From NCBI GenBank assembly GCA_963666425.2, contig OY762825.2, positions 1,792,001 through 1,856,000 of the forward strand: a stretch of 64,000 nt of DNA, read 5' to 3'. The first letter of the stretch is position 1. Each line of letters begins with the position of its first letter. This DNA comes from Bacillota bacterium. Its GTDB lineage: Bacteria; Bacillota; JAAYKD01. The position numbers were made by a program, and so were the translations under genes. The notes below the pieces were generated by a model. It was given only the letters and a program-made list of their open reading frames with translations. It was not told where the DNA came from and did not search any database. Below are positions 41,051 through 50,562 of this stretch, in pieces.

Positions 41051-41112
41051 TTGACAAGCGACATTGCTCATGCTAAACTGCTGTTGTGGTTGACTACTGA
41101 AGTAATTAACCA
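41051..41112 (+). promoter_or_regulatory. Promoter and palindromic operator for GntR-ABC operon
   Basis: TTGACA-17 bp-TAAACT with TG extension; 26-bp imperfect palindrome TGGTTGACTACTGAAGTAATTAACCA at 41087-41112. Confidence 0.75.
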
Positions 41113-41136
41113 ATTAGCACGAAGGGAGTAATTGCC

Positions 41137-41505
41137 GTGCAAATCAATTTCGAATCGGCGAAACCAATCTTTCTTCAGATTGCAGATGGATTAGAAGATG
41201 CAATTCTGGCCGGAGCATTTGCCGAAGAAGAACAGATTCCATCGATTACCGAGCTGGCGGTTGGCCTAAAAATCAACCCTGCCACCGCTTTGAAAGGAAT
41301 CAATCTTCTGGTTGACAATGGTATCGTCTATAAAAAGAGAGGTGTCGGTATGTTTGTTGCAACAGGTGCGATGGAGAAACTAAGGCAAAAACGAAAAGAT
41401 GAATTTTTCGAACACTATATTCTAGACTTGATCGCTGAAGCAAAATGTTTGGGTCTGACAGCGCAGGATATTAAGTCGATGATAGAAAGAGGGTTTATCG
41501 CGTGA
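41137..41505 (+). CDS. GntR (YtrA subfamily) transcriptional regulator
   Basis: PIFLQIA, IPSITELA, INPATA, KRGVGMFV; short C-terminal helices. Confidence 0.9.
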   Translation: MQINFESAKPIFLQIADGLEDAILAGAFAEEEQIPSITELAVGLKINPATALKGINLLVDNGIVYKKRGVGMFVATGAMEKLRQKRKDEFFEHYILDLIAEAKCLGLTAQDIKSMIERGFIA

Positions 41506-42350
41506 ATAGCATCGAAGTAAAGAATATATCAAAGAATTATGGCGCAGTGTGCGCGCTCGATCAGGTCAACCTGCGTTTTGAAGAGAATAAAATCTATGGT
41601 CTTTTCGGCCGCAACGGAGCGGGGAAAACGACCCTGCTGAATATTATCACCGGCCGTATTTTCGCGGATCACGGTGAAGTGACCGTTAATGGGGAGATCG
41701 CTCTGGAAAATGATGCGGCTCTGCAAAAAATGTATCTTGCCAGTGAGGCGACCTTGTATCCGGAAGGGATGAAAGTAAAAGAAGCATTCCGGTGGTCACA
41801 ATGCTTTTATGCTAATTTCGATCCGGTCTATGCTGAAAAAACAGCAGCCCGGTTTGGCTTAGACTGCAGCAAGAAAATCAAAACTTTGTCTACCGGTTTC
41901 AATTCAATTTTTAAACTGGTGATTGCACTTTCTGTTAATACACCGTACCTTTTGTTTGATGAACCGATCCTTGGTTTGGATGCCAACAACCGTGACCTGT
42001 TTTATCGCTTGTTAATTGAAAAATTTAGTGTTACGCCCTGCACGATTATTATTTCAACGCATTTGATCGATGAGGTGGCTTCGGTTGTCGGTGAAGTTGT
42101 GATCATCAAAAATGGCACGATCATTCGCAATGAATCATGTGAAGCTTTGTTGGCGCAAGGGTATACCGCTTCCGGTCCGGCCGGCGTGATGGATCTATTC
42201 TTAAGTGATAAAAAGGTGCTTGGCTGTGATGTCCTGGGTGGCTTGAAGACCGCTTATATTTTAGGTGAAAAAGGCGGTAATCTGCCAAAGGGCATCGAGA
42301 TTAGCAAGCTGGATTTACAGAAGCTGTTTATCCAATTAACAAATTCATAG
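41502..42350 (+). CDS. ABC transporter ATP-binding protein
   Basis: GRNGAGKTT, LSTG, LFDEP, ISTH. Confidence 0.9.
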   Translation: MNSIEVKNISKNYGAVCALDQVNLRFEENKIYGLFGRNGAGKTTLLNIITGRIFADHGEVTVNGEIALENDAALQKMYLASEATLYPEGMKVKEAFRWSQCFYANFDPVYAEKTAARFGLDCSKKIKTLSTGFNSIFKLVIALSVNTPYLLFDEPILGLDANNRDLFYRLLIEKFSVTPCTIIISTHLIDEVASVVGEVVIIKNGTIIRNESCEALLAQGYTASGPAGVMDLFLSDKKVLGCDVLGGLKTAYILGEKGGNLPKGIEISKLDLQKLFIQLTNS

Positions 42351-42359
42351 GGGGTCTGA

Positions 42360-43115
42360 GTGATGAATTTAAAACCTGCATTCAAGTATCAGCTTGCTGA
42401 CCATAAGAGTTCTGTCATCATCTTCTATTTCTGTATCATGGCTGTAACGGCACTGTCCCTTATTTCGGTCATGCTGTCAACCTCAGCCAGTACAGCCATG
42501 TATGGCGGTCTGGAACTGGCAAGCGCGATTTTTCTCTTCGTTACCGGTTTGAATTCTTTTTCCGAACCGTTCCGGATGCTGATGCAGAATGGTGTTTCCA
42601 GAAGAAGTATCTTCAAATCCAGAGTTATGGTTTTTCTTGTCTTGGCTTTTGCCATGGCTATGATTGATAAAGTGATCAATTTAATCGGTCTTTCCATTGC
42701 GTCTCTCGTCGAGCGTTTTCATTGGTTTTCGCTGTATGAACAAATCTTTGTAGAACGGGCGGCGCGGATGAATGGTTTTACTTTAGCTTTGGAAAGCACT
42801 CTGTTCGATGCCTGTCTTTATCTGGCGGCACTGGGATTGGGTTATTTTATCACAATTATGTATTATCGCTTAAACAAAAACGGGAAAATAGCAGTCAGTG
42901 TCGGTGTGCCGGTTGGCTTGATGATTGGCCTGCCTTTATTGGAACGCTTTGTCACCGGCGGCAGGATCGGTTGGGCATTGTATCGGTTTATTTTCTTTGC
43001 TTTTGGCATTCGCACAGCGAATCCCTATGCTTCCATGACGACCTTTGCTATCTCTTTTCTTGTGTTGTGTGGTTTTGGCTGGCTGATGATGAGAAAAGCG
43101 GTTGTGAAATCCTAA
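42360..43115 (+). CDS. ABC-2-type permease
   Basis: About six TMs, QNGVSRR motif, in operon with ATPase. Confidence 0.75.
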   Translation: MMNLKPAFKYQLADHKSSVIIFYFCIMAVTALSLISVMLSTSASTAMYGGLELASAIFLFVTGLNSFSEPFRMLMQNGVSRRSIFKSRVMVFLVLAFAMAMIDKVINLIGLSIASLVERFHWFSLYEQIFVERAARMNGFTLALESTLFDACLYLAALGLGYFITIMYYRLNKNGKIAVSVGVPVGLMIGLPLLERFVTGGRIGWALYRFIFFAFGIRTANPYASMTTFAISFLVLCGFGWLMMRKAVVKS

Positions 43116-43381
43116 GCGTTGCCGTAAAAGTGCGCCTGCTTGCAATGCAAAGAACATGATGACGCCTAATCCCAAACAAAATTGTCTTTAAGAAACACCT
43201 GCCGCTCAAAAAACGGTAGGTGTTTTTGTCTTGGCGCAAAATCTTGATAAGTCGCTGTGACTGTGGTATAGTAAAGTGAAAATTCGATAATTTATCCATA
43301 GAAGAAGCAAATTGTGCAATCGGAACAGCTTCGCATCGCTTGATTGCCCTATGATCCTACGAGCAACGAGGTAAATGATAG

Positions 43382-44710
43382 ATGTCTCAATCCAAAGTCG
43401 CTCCCAGCGTTTTTCAGCAATTGCTTGGCTTTACCGTACCGCTGATCTTGACCGGTTTACTGCAGCAGCTTTATTCGATCACCGACTCGTTGATCCTCGG
43501 TAATTTTGTCGGGCAAAGTGCCTTGACTGCGGTGGGTAGCGCCAGCTCCCTGCTCAACGTTTTTCTGTTTGTCATTACGGGATTAGTGACCGGTTGCACC
43601 ATTATGGTTTCTCATGCTTTCGGTGCCAGAGATTACAAGGCGATCGGTCGTATTACGGTGACCTTCTCCGTTTTCCTGACGCTTGGAGGTATCATTGCAG
43701 GTGTGCTTGGCGCCTTGAGCAACCGCAGTCTGCTTGTGCTGTTGAATACGCCGGTTGAATTTCTGCAGGATGCGGTTGTATATTTGACGATCATGATGAT
43801 TGGGATGCCGTTTCTTGTTTTTTACAACTTGAGCAGTGCCGTGGTGCGCGGCATCGGAGACAGTAAGACGCCACTCTATGCTCTAATCATTACCAGCATC
43901 GTTAATATTAGCTTGAATCTGCTTTTCGTGCTGGGATTTCAGGCAGGAATTGCCGGCTCCGCTTGGGCAACGGTCTTATCACAGATGCTTTCTGCCTTCT
44001 TTTTGCTCTTAGTGCTGCGCAAAATGCTGCGGAACTTCCAATTTCAACCCTCCCTCGCTGCGATTGATTTGCCGATTTTTCGGGAAGGCCTTCGGCTCAG
44101 CCTGCCGCGTGTCTTGCTCTCTTTTATCTCCTCCGGCGGCAGCATGCTGCTGCAGAATGTCCGCAATGGATTGGGTTATGATGCCGTTACTGCAATCACG
44201 ACTGCTTATAAAATTGATACCTTGATCGTCTTGCCGGCAACCAATATCGCAACTGCCGTGACGATTTTTACCGGTCAAAGCCTAGGTGCTGCCGACCGTC
44301 AGCGAGCGGAAGAAGGATTAAAAAAAGGATTGCAGATTGTTCTGCTCTATACTGTGGTGGCAGCTGTGTTGTTGATCACAGTCGGCAGTTATGTACTTGG
44401 TTTTTTTGGGATTTCAGATCAAATTGTGGCACTCGGACAACGCTTTTTCTTGCTTTGTGCCTTGTTTTACCCTATTATGGGGATCAAAGAAGTGCTGTTA
44501 TCTTATCTGCAGGGCTGCAAGGATGTGACTTTTGTTTCTTTTTGCGCCATTGCAGCCTTGTTCGTCCGGGTGGGGCTTTCCTATCTCTTGGTGGATCGTT
44601 TGGGCTTTGATGTGATCGCGGTAGCAGAGATGGCAAGTTGGGTCTTTGCTGCTTGCCTTGCTTATAGGCGTTATCGCACGATGAAAAAGAGAGCAATCAA
44701 GCAATTCTAA
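43382..44710 (+). CDS. MATE-family efflux transporter
   Basis: LLQQLYSITDSLILG, RGIGDSKTP, VNISLNLLF, AWATVLSQ; about 12 TMs. Confidence 0.9.
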   Translation: MSQSKVAPSVFQQLLGFTVPLILTGLLQQLYSITDSLILGNFVGQSALTAVGSASSLLNVFLFVITGLVTGCTIMVSHAFGARDYKAIGRITVTFSVFLTLGGIIAGVLGALSNRSLLVLLNTPVEFLQDAVVYLTIMMIGMPFLVFYNLSSAVVRGIGDSKTPLYALIITSIVNISLNLLFVLGFQAGIAGSAWATVLSQMLSAFFLLLVLRKMLRNFQFQPSLAAIDLPIFREGLRLSLPRVLLSFISSGGSMLLQNVRNGLGYDAVTAITTAYKIDTLIVLPATNIATAVTIFTGQSLGAADRQRAEEGLKKGLQIVLLYTVVAAVLLITVGSYVLGFFGISDQIVALGQRFFLLCALFYPIMGIKEVLLSYLQGCKDVTFVSFCAIAALFVRVGLSYLLVDRLGFDVIAVAEMASWVFAACLAYRRYRTMKKRAIKQF

Positions 44711-44861
44711 AAATGGACCAGAGAGAATGCAGTAAAACAGGCGCTCGAACGGGTCGGTCTGCTGTGCTGTCTTGATGATGTCGCTCGGCTGGGATGCGCC
44801 GGAGAGCACGTTCTTCACGGTTATGATGGACTTTATCAGAAAAAAAGGGAGGCTGCGGAAG

Positions 44862-45782
44862 ATGGAAAGAAAATTGAAAATTGCAGTGATTCAGGAAGCA
44901 CCGGTGTTGTTTGACCTGGAAAAGACGATGGAAAAGACGATTCAGCTCAGCCGGGAGGCTGCGGCAAGCGGAGCAAAACTGATTGTTTTTCCAGAAAGTT
45001 TTATCCCCTGCTACCCCAGAGGGTTGACCTTCGGTATGGTGATCGGCAGTCGGACCAGCGAAGCCAGAGAAGACTTCCAGAGATACTATGAGAATGCGGT
45101 GGCGGTACCCGGTCCGGATGTAGACAGATTGGCTGAACTAGCCAAAGAACTGCAGGTTTATCTCTCCATCGGCGTGACCGAAAAGAATGGCAACGGTTTG
45201 GATGGCACGCTGCATTGCAGTAATTTATTCTTTGGTCCCGAGGGTTATTTAGGGCGGCACAGAAAACTGAAACCGACCGCCGGAGAGCGGGTCATCTGGG
45301 GTGAGGATGACGGATCGACCATGACAGTGATCGATACACCTTATGGTAAAATGGGTTCTCTGATTTGTTGGGAGAATTATATGCCTTTGGCCAGGATGGC
45401 CATGTATTTGAAAGGTGTCAACCTTTATATCGTGCCAACTGCCGACCAGAGAGAAGTCTATCAAGCAACCTTGCGGCATATCGCCTTCGAAGGCAGATGT
45501 TTTGTGATTGCCAGCAATCAATATGTGGAAAAATCGATGTATCCCACCGATCTGAAATATTACAAGGATCTCGAAAGTCAACCGGAAGTGATGTGCCGAG
45601 GCGGCAGCTGCATCATCAATCCCTATGGTGAGTATGTGGCGGGACCGTTATTTGATCGGGCCGGCATCCTCACGGCTGAAGTTGATTTGGATCAAATCAG
45701 TCAGTCTAAATTCGATTGGGATCCGACCGGGCATTACAACCGTCCGGAGCTCTTTCAATTCAAAGTGAATGAGCAGCGCTAG
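44862..45782 (+). CDS. Nitrilase (carbon-nitrogen hydrolase)
   Basis: GGAGG RBS; E-K-C triad FPESF, HRKLKPT, ICWENYMP; DPTGHYNRP. Confidence 0.9.
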   Translation: MERKLKIAVIQEAPVLFDLEKTMEKTIQLSREAAASGAKLIVFPESFIPCYPRGLTFGMVIGSRTSEAREDFQRYYENAVAVPGPDVDRLAELAKELQVYLSIGVTEKNGNGLDGTLHCSNLFFGPEGYLGRHRKLKPTAGERVIWGEDDGSTMTVIDTPYGKMGSLICWENYMPLARMAMYLKGVNLYIVPTADQREVYQATLRHIAFEGRCFVIASNQYVEKSMYPTDLKYYKDLESQPEVMCRGGSCIINPYGEYVAGPLFDRAGILTAEVDLDQISQSKFDWDPTGHYNRPELFQFKVNEQR

Positions 45783-45794
45783 ATAAAAAATCAG

Positions 45795-45839
45795 AAGAGC
45801 ACCAATTGCCGATAAAATCAGCTGCATTGGTGCTCTTTT
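45795..45839. terminator. Bidirectional terminator
   Basis: AAGAGCACCAAT...ATTGGTGCTCTT between convergent genes. Confidence 0.75.
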
Positions 45840-45842
45840 GAT

Positions 45843-46343
45843 TTAGGCAGGCATTATTTTTTCCAGCAGGACCGAGCCATCGACCGGATCATCCGGGTGT
45901 TCAATGCGAAGAATGCGAAAACCGCATTTATCAATGTAAAAGTGATGATTTCGTTTTGAAAATAAAGGTGTTTCGGTATGCCATACCTTTGTCTTTGGGT
46001 AAGTTGCTTCTACCCAGTGCCAGACTTCGACGCCTAATCCTTGGTTCTGCCTATTTGTATCCAAAAATAGACAGCCCAGCCGATTGTCATCGGCTTTGTT
46101 GAGGCCGATCCATAAAATCACACATCCGACCGCTTGCCCTTCCAGCTCGATTTTGAAAGCGGTTGCCTGTGGATGCAGTGCCCATTTCCGTAGAAACTCA
46201 CCATTGTTGTAACCCGGAGGACCATCGTCTACCCCGCGATGGATCTGGGCATCATAATTGAAAGCGCGAGTCATGATTTCCGTCAGCGGTTCGATATCGC
46301 TTGCCTGAAAAGGGATCAATTCCAATCCTTGATATGGTTTCAT
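45843..46343 (-). CDS. GNAT-family N-acetyltransferase
   Basis: GGAGG RBS before MKPYQ; QNQGLG, RNHHFYIDKCGF. Confidence 0.82.
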   Translation of the reverse strand: MKPYQGLELIPFQASDIEPLTEIMTRAFNYDAQIHRGVDDGPPGYNNGEFLRKWALHPQATAFKIELEGQAVGCVILWIGLNKADDNRLGCLFLDTNRQNQGLGVEVWHWVEATYPKTKVWHTETPLFSKRNHHFYIDKCGFRILRIEHPDDPVDGSVLLEKIMPA

Positions 46344-46389
46344 TTTTCCTCCATTTTTCTTTTTCACTTGTGTTTTTTAAGATTTTAGC

Positions 46390-47367
46390 TTACTTTTTCA
46401 AAGAAACCGGGTAAAGCAGATCAAGCTGATGTTCACTGTTGCTCGGCCAATTCGCATGGCAATTGTAGAGCCAATTCAAATGCTCTTCCAGCAGACCGTA
46501 CATACAGGCGCCATTGTCATCCAGACAAGCACTGCCGTATTTCTGGTTATCATTGTTTACCCATTCAGATAACCATTCCCATTCATGAAAATCACCCAAC
46601 TCAATCGTATGAGCAGCGTAGAGTCCACCCGGGAACTGCTTCTTTGTTAAGGGAGCGCTTACCTCCATCTCATCAGGGATTGTCACCCAAGTCTCATAGC
46701 CATATTCGGGTGAATGGAACGATGGATTGGGATGGTTGAAACCAAAGACGCGCGCATCCGGTTTGATTTCGTAAAGATGACTGTCGTTGACGAATTTTTC
46801 CAGCAGATCAGCGGAGTGCTGTTCTGGGTCGGGACCAAAAAAATGACTTGCCGCAACGGTTGCAGGAGCGAGCCAAATGATCCTGACATCATTGAGCTTT
46901 GTGAGAGGGGAACTGGGTTTTTCCATACTGATTTCCTCCTTAAAATTGATTCTGGAAAGAGGAACCGTATCGACGAGATCGAGTGAGACAGTATCACTGA
47001 ATCGGGCAAGAATGGTATCGGTATTGAAATCTTGCAGGATCATAGCCAGTATCATCCGCAAGGTGGTACGAATCTGATTCAGAGCCGCCACTTGATTGTC
47101 CATTTTATCGATGTTTTGTTGAAAAACAGCAATCAGTTCATCGAAATCATCACTTTTCAAAATAGTGTCAATTTGCTTGAGTGGAAGACAGAGTTTACGT
47201 AAAATGACAATGAACTGCAGACGCTTGATTGCGGTTTCATCGTAGACACGATAAGCATAATCATCAATTCTCTGACTTTCAATCAGACCAAGTTCTTCAT
47301 AATAGCGAAGCGCTCTGGTTGAGATAGCAAAAGCTTTGGATACCTGCGATATTGTGCTCAGTTTCAT
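46390..47367 (-). CDS. MerR-family regulator with C-terminal GyrI-like domain
   Basis: TISQVSK...STRALRYYEELGLI...YRVY; FGFNHPNP, YGYETWVTIP, FPGGLYAA. Confidence 0.9.
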   Translation of the reverse strand: MKLSTISQVSKAFAISTRALRYYEELGLIESQRIDDYAYRVYDETAIKRLQFIVILRKLCLPLKQIDTILKSDDFDELIAVFQQNIDKMDNQVAALNQIRTTLRMILAMILQDFNTDTILARFSDTVSLDLVDTVPLSRINFKEEISMEKPSSPLTKLNDVRIIWLAPATVAASHFFGPDPEQHSADLLEKFVNDSHLYEIKPDARVFGFNHPNPSFHSPEYGYETWVTIPDEMEVSAPLTKKQFPGGLYAAHTIELGDFHEWEWLSEWVNNDNQKYGSACLDDNGACMYGLLEEHLNWLYNCHANWPSNSEHQLDLLYPVSLKK

Positions 47368-47389
47368 CTTTCTTCCTCCTTCCATTTTT

Positions 47390-47420
47390 AGGATACAGCA
47401 CGACGCGACGTCAAAGTCAA
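47390..47420 (-). promoter_or_regulatory. MerR-type promoter with 19-bp spacer
   Basis: TTGACT-ttGACGtcgCGTCgtgctg-TATCCT; dyad inside the spacer. Confidence 0.8.
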
Positions 47421-47618
47421 GTATTTATACAAATATTCTCTATTTTTTTTCGAATCCCCTGCTTTGAGCGAAGCGGAAAAACTGAGCAATAGCCGGCGTT
47501 GATTGATCGGCAAAATTTAATGCATTAATTCTTGGAATAAATAGAAGATGGATGGGGTAGCGCAGAATATTCTATGAGGAATAATAGCATTTGAAAATTA
47601 CAGCACAAAAAGTATCAA

Positions 47619-47647
47619 TTGACGCTGCTCTGATATGAGAATATAAT
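47619..47647 (+). promoter_or_regulatory. Sigma-A promoter for kdpDE-like pair
   Basis: TTGACG-17 bp-TATAAT. Confidence 0.7.
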
Positions 47648-47730
47648 CAGGTTGATATAGAAAATAAAAATCAGACAAAAAGTACAGTTTTTTCTATCGA
47701 TCATTTTCATGGAAGGATTAGGACGATTGT

Positions 47731-49254
47731 ATGGCAGCACAACAGAAGAATTATAAAGATTTGCTCAATTTGCTTTATATGGGTGCTTATCTGGCCTTGG
47801 CTTCCTTGGTTGGCTATTTGTTTCGTTATATCCATTTTTCGGAAACGAATATTATTATGGTTTATCTGCTGGCGGTATTATTGACTGCGCGGCAAACCAG
47901 CGGCTATGCCTATGGTATCTTAGCTGCAATCATCGCAACTTTTGCTTTCAATTATTTCTTCACGGCACCTTATTTTACATTAGCCGTTTATGATCCGAAA
48001 TACCTGGTCACTTTTGTTGTTTTTATTATCACCGCAATGATTACCAGTGCCTTGACTTCTCATGTCAAGCAAAGCGCAATTAAAGCAAATGAAAAAGAAG
48101 CAGAAACAAAAGCGCTTTACCTGCTCACCGATCATTTAACGGATGCGGAAAACATGCATGATATTGCTGAAATCGCCGTCAAAATCATCAGTGATGTCAT
48201 GCAGTGTCAGGCAGGGTGTCTCTGCTTTGACGAAAATAGCCTGCCGGAGAAGAAATTCGTCCAGCAGATTTCCCCAGACGAACGCATCGATCGCGAGGTG
48301 GCCGAGCCGGAAGAATTGAGGCACCGGATCGAAGGTCTGCAAACAGATCGTGTCAACGGCAAGGAGTTTCAGGAATGGCTGATTTTTGGCCGGGATAATG
48401 TGCTTGGTTTGATCCGTATTCCTGTTCAACGCACGGAAGATCTGACCGAAGCACAGACACGATTGCTTCGCTCCATGATTGAAAGTATCGCTTTAGCCAT
48501 GGACCGATACCGCTCTGCGCAGCAAAGGCAGAAATACAGAGAAGCGACTGTACAGGAACGCTACCGAGGTAATTTGCTAAGGGCAATTTCTCATGATTTA
48601 CGCACTCCGTTGTCAGGAATCATGGGGACTGCTGAAATGCTGATGGATATGTCGAACGCAAATGATCCCCGGCATGATTTAGCAAAAGTGATTTATAATG
48701 ATGCGGATTGGCTGTATTCTTTGGTGGAAAATATCCTGAGTCTGACTCGTTTACAAGAAGGTAAATTGATTCTGAAAAAGCAGCTTGAGGCTGTTGAGGA
48801 AGTCATCGGAGGGGCGGTCCATCATATTAAGCAACACGCTCCGGAGCATGAAATCACAGTGAAAATCCCAGAGGAACTTTTACTTGTTCCCATGGATGCA
48901 AAATTAATCGAACAAGTTTTGATCAACTTATTGGATAATGCCGTAAAACACACCGCAAAAGAAAACGAAATCCAGATCACTGTTTTTCAGAATAAAGCTG
49001 CGAAAGAAGCGGTGTTTTCCGTGGCAGACCGAGGTGAAGGGATTGCACCCATCGATTTGCCGCATATCTTTCAAATGTTTTATACATCACAAACCAAGCA
49101 AGCAGATGCGAAGCATGGAATTGGTTTAGGTCTCTCCATCTGCGATGCGATCGTGAAAGCACATGGAGGAACGATTGAAGTTCATAACCGTTCTGACGGA
49201 ATCGGAGCGGAATTTATCTTTTCTTTGCCGATGGAGGTCAATCAAGATGGATAA
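47731..49254 (+). CDS. KdpD-like sensor kinase lacking N-terminal KdpD and Usp domains
   Basis: 4-TM DUF4118-like block (NIIMVYLLAVLL, FNYFFTAPYFTL), GAF-like region, NLLRAISHDLRTPL, NLLDNAVKH, GIGLGLSIC. Confidence 0.88.
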   Translation: MAAQQKNYKDLLNLLYMGAYLALASLVGYLFRYIHFSETNIIMVYLLAVLLTARQTSGYAYGILAAIIATFAFNYFFTAPYFTLAVYDPKYLVTFVVFIITAMITSALTSHVKQSAIKANEKEAETKALYLLTDHLTDAENMHDIAEIAVKIISDVMQCQAGCLCFDENSLPEKKFVQQISPDERIDREVAEPEELRHRIEGLQTDRVNGKEFQEWLIFGRDNVLGLIRIPVQRTEDLTEAQTRLLRSMIESIALAMDRYRSAQQRQKYREATVQERYRGNLLRAISHDLRTPLSGIMGTAEMLMDMSNANDPRHDLAKVIYNDADWLYSLVENILSLTRLQEGKLILKKQLEAVEEVIGGAVHHIKQHAPEHEITVKIPEELLLVPMDAKLIEQVLINLLDNAVKHTAKENEIQITVFQNKAAKEAVFSVADRGEGIAPIDLPHIFQMFYTSQTKQADAKHGIGLGLSICDAIVKAHGGTIEVHNRSDGIGAEFIFSLPMEVNQDG

Positions 49255-49945
49255 TTTAGGAGCAAGAATTCTGGTAGTGGAGGATGACGCCCAGATCCGG
49301 AATTTTATCTGCTATGCGCTGCGCAGTGAAGGTTATCACTATATAAGTGAACACTCCGCGCAGGGAGCCTTGAGCATTCTCGTTTCCGAACCGGTAGATT
49401 TAATGCTGCTTGATCTTGGATTGCCTGATTTTGACGGCATGGATGTGATTAAAAAAGTACGTGAATGGTCTGAAATACCGATTATTGTGGTCTCAGCGCG
49501 GGATCAGGATAAAGAAAAAGCAGCCGCACTTGATCTGGGAGCGGATGATTATTTAACAAAACCTTTTTCTGCAACAGAGCTGCTGGCACGGATTCGCGTC
49601 GCTTTGCGTCATTTATATCAAAAAAATAAGAACCAGCAGCGTTGTTATTATCAAATTGGCGATTTGCGTATTGATTTGGATAAACATTTGGTGTTTTTAA
49701 AAGAAATTGAGATGCATACCACCCCAATGGAATATAGTCTTTTAGTTTTGTTCTTTAAAAACGCCGGAAAAGTTTTAACGACTGGGTTAATTATCAGAGA
49801 AATTTGGGGAACCGAATATGGCAGCGATACGCAGGCTTTAAGGACGCTGATGGCGGGATTACGAAGAAAAATTGAAACCGATCCGGCAAAACCACGCTAT
49901 ATCATGACAGAAATTGGTGTCGGTTACAGGCTGGTGGATGAGTGA
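49247..49945 (+). CDS. kdpE: KdpE-like response regulator
   Basis: GGAGG RBS; LVVEDD, LLDLGLPDFDG, VREWSEIPIIVVSAR, LRRKIETDPAKPRYIMTEIGVGYR. Confidence 0.85.
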   Translation: MDNLGARILVVEDDAQIRNFICYALRSEGYHYISEHSAQGALSILVSEPVDLMLLDLGLPDFDGMDVIKKVREWSEIPIIVVSARDQDKEKAAALDLGADDYLTKPFSATELLARIRVALRHLYQKNKNQQRCYYQIGDLRIDLDKHLVFLKEIEMHTTPMEYSLLVLFFKNAGKVLTTGLIIREIWGTEYGSDTQALRTLMAGLRRKIETDPAKPRYIMTEIGVGYRLVDE

Positions 49946-49957
49946 GAAGCAACAACG

Positions 49958-49992
49958 AACCGCTTTGAGTGCAAATTCAAGGCGGTTTTGTT
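49958..49992 (+). terminator. Terminator after kdpE-like gene
   Basis: GAACCGCTTTGAG...TTCAAGGCGGTTTT. Confidence 0.7.
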
Positions 49993-50009
49993 CTGTACAA
50001 AACAGAATT

Positions 50010-50076
50010 CCCACACCATCCTCACAATAAAAACGCCACCCTCACACCATTCTCACAGTGAATTTGTTACTATAAT
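50010..50076 (+). promoter_or_regulatory. Activator-dependent promoter with two OmpR/KdpE-type tandem boxes
   Basis: CCCACA-ccatc-CTCACA (50010-50026) and CTCACA-ccatt-CTCACA (50041-50057), 11-bp half-site period; TATAAT at 50071 with no consensus -35. Confidence 0.72.
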
Positions 50077-50154
50077 GTTAACAAGCGAGCGGATCTGAAA
50101 GCCGCTAACGGGGCATGAATACTTTTTCTGACATTTGATATGGAGGGCAATAAA

Positions 50155-50562
50155 ATGGAAAACGAGCACGAGGAAGAAGAAAGTCGAAAGCGGAAAGTTC
50201 TGTGCGATTCCTTTCGTGATTTGAGTGGAAAGCTGAATTATCCGGCCTGCGAACGCCTACTTCGTTCTGCCATGGCAGAAGATCCGCATTCTCCCGTTCC
50301 GCACAACCTGATGGGAGTGCTTTTGGAATACCAGAATGACCATCTCGCGGCGATGAAGCATTTTCGGGCGGCATGGGCACTCGAACCTACTTATCTTCCG
50401 GCCAGGCTGAATTTAGAGCATTACAGCAGTTTGACTCTGCGCGGACCCTATTTGATTGATGAAGGGGATTCTACAGCAGCAGAAAACAAAGATACTTACA
50501 AAATAGAATATGACGAACAGGGTATTGGACATGTTTTAAAAAGGCAAGGTGAATTAGATTGA
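50155..50562 (+). CDS. Small TPR-repeat protein
   Basis: GGAGG RBS; AMAEDPHSPVPHNLMGVLLE...AMKHFRAAWALEPTYLPARLNL. Confidence 0.75.
   Translation: MENEHEEEESRKRKVLCDSFRDLSGKLNYPACERLLRSAMAEDPHSPVPHNLMGVLLEYQNDHLAAMKHFRAAWALEPTYLPARLNLEHYSSLTLRGPYLIDEGDSTAAENKDTYKIEYDEQGIGHVLKRQGELD

Noticed and set aside
43120-43170. Fluoride riboswitch-like TGATGACGCCT upstream of MATE
   Set aside because: No 5' GGCGATGG..TTCGCC element, and it lies before the previous operon's terminator.
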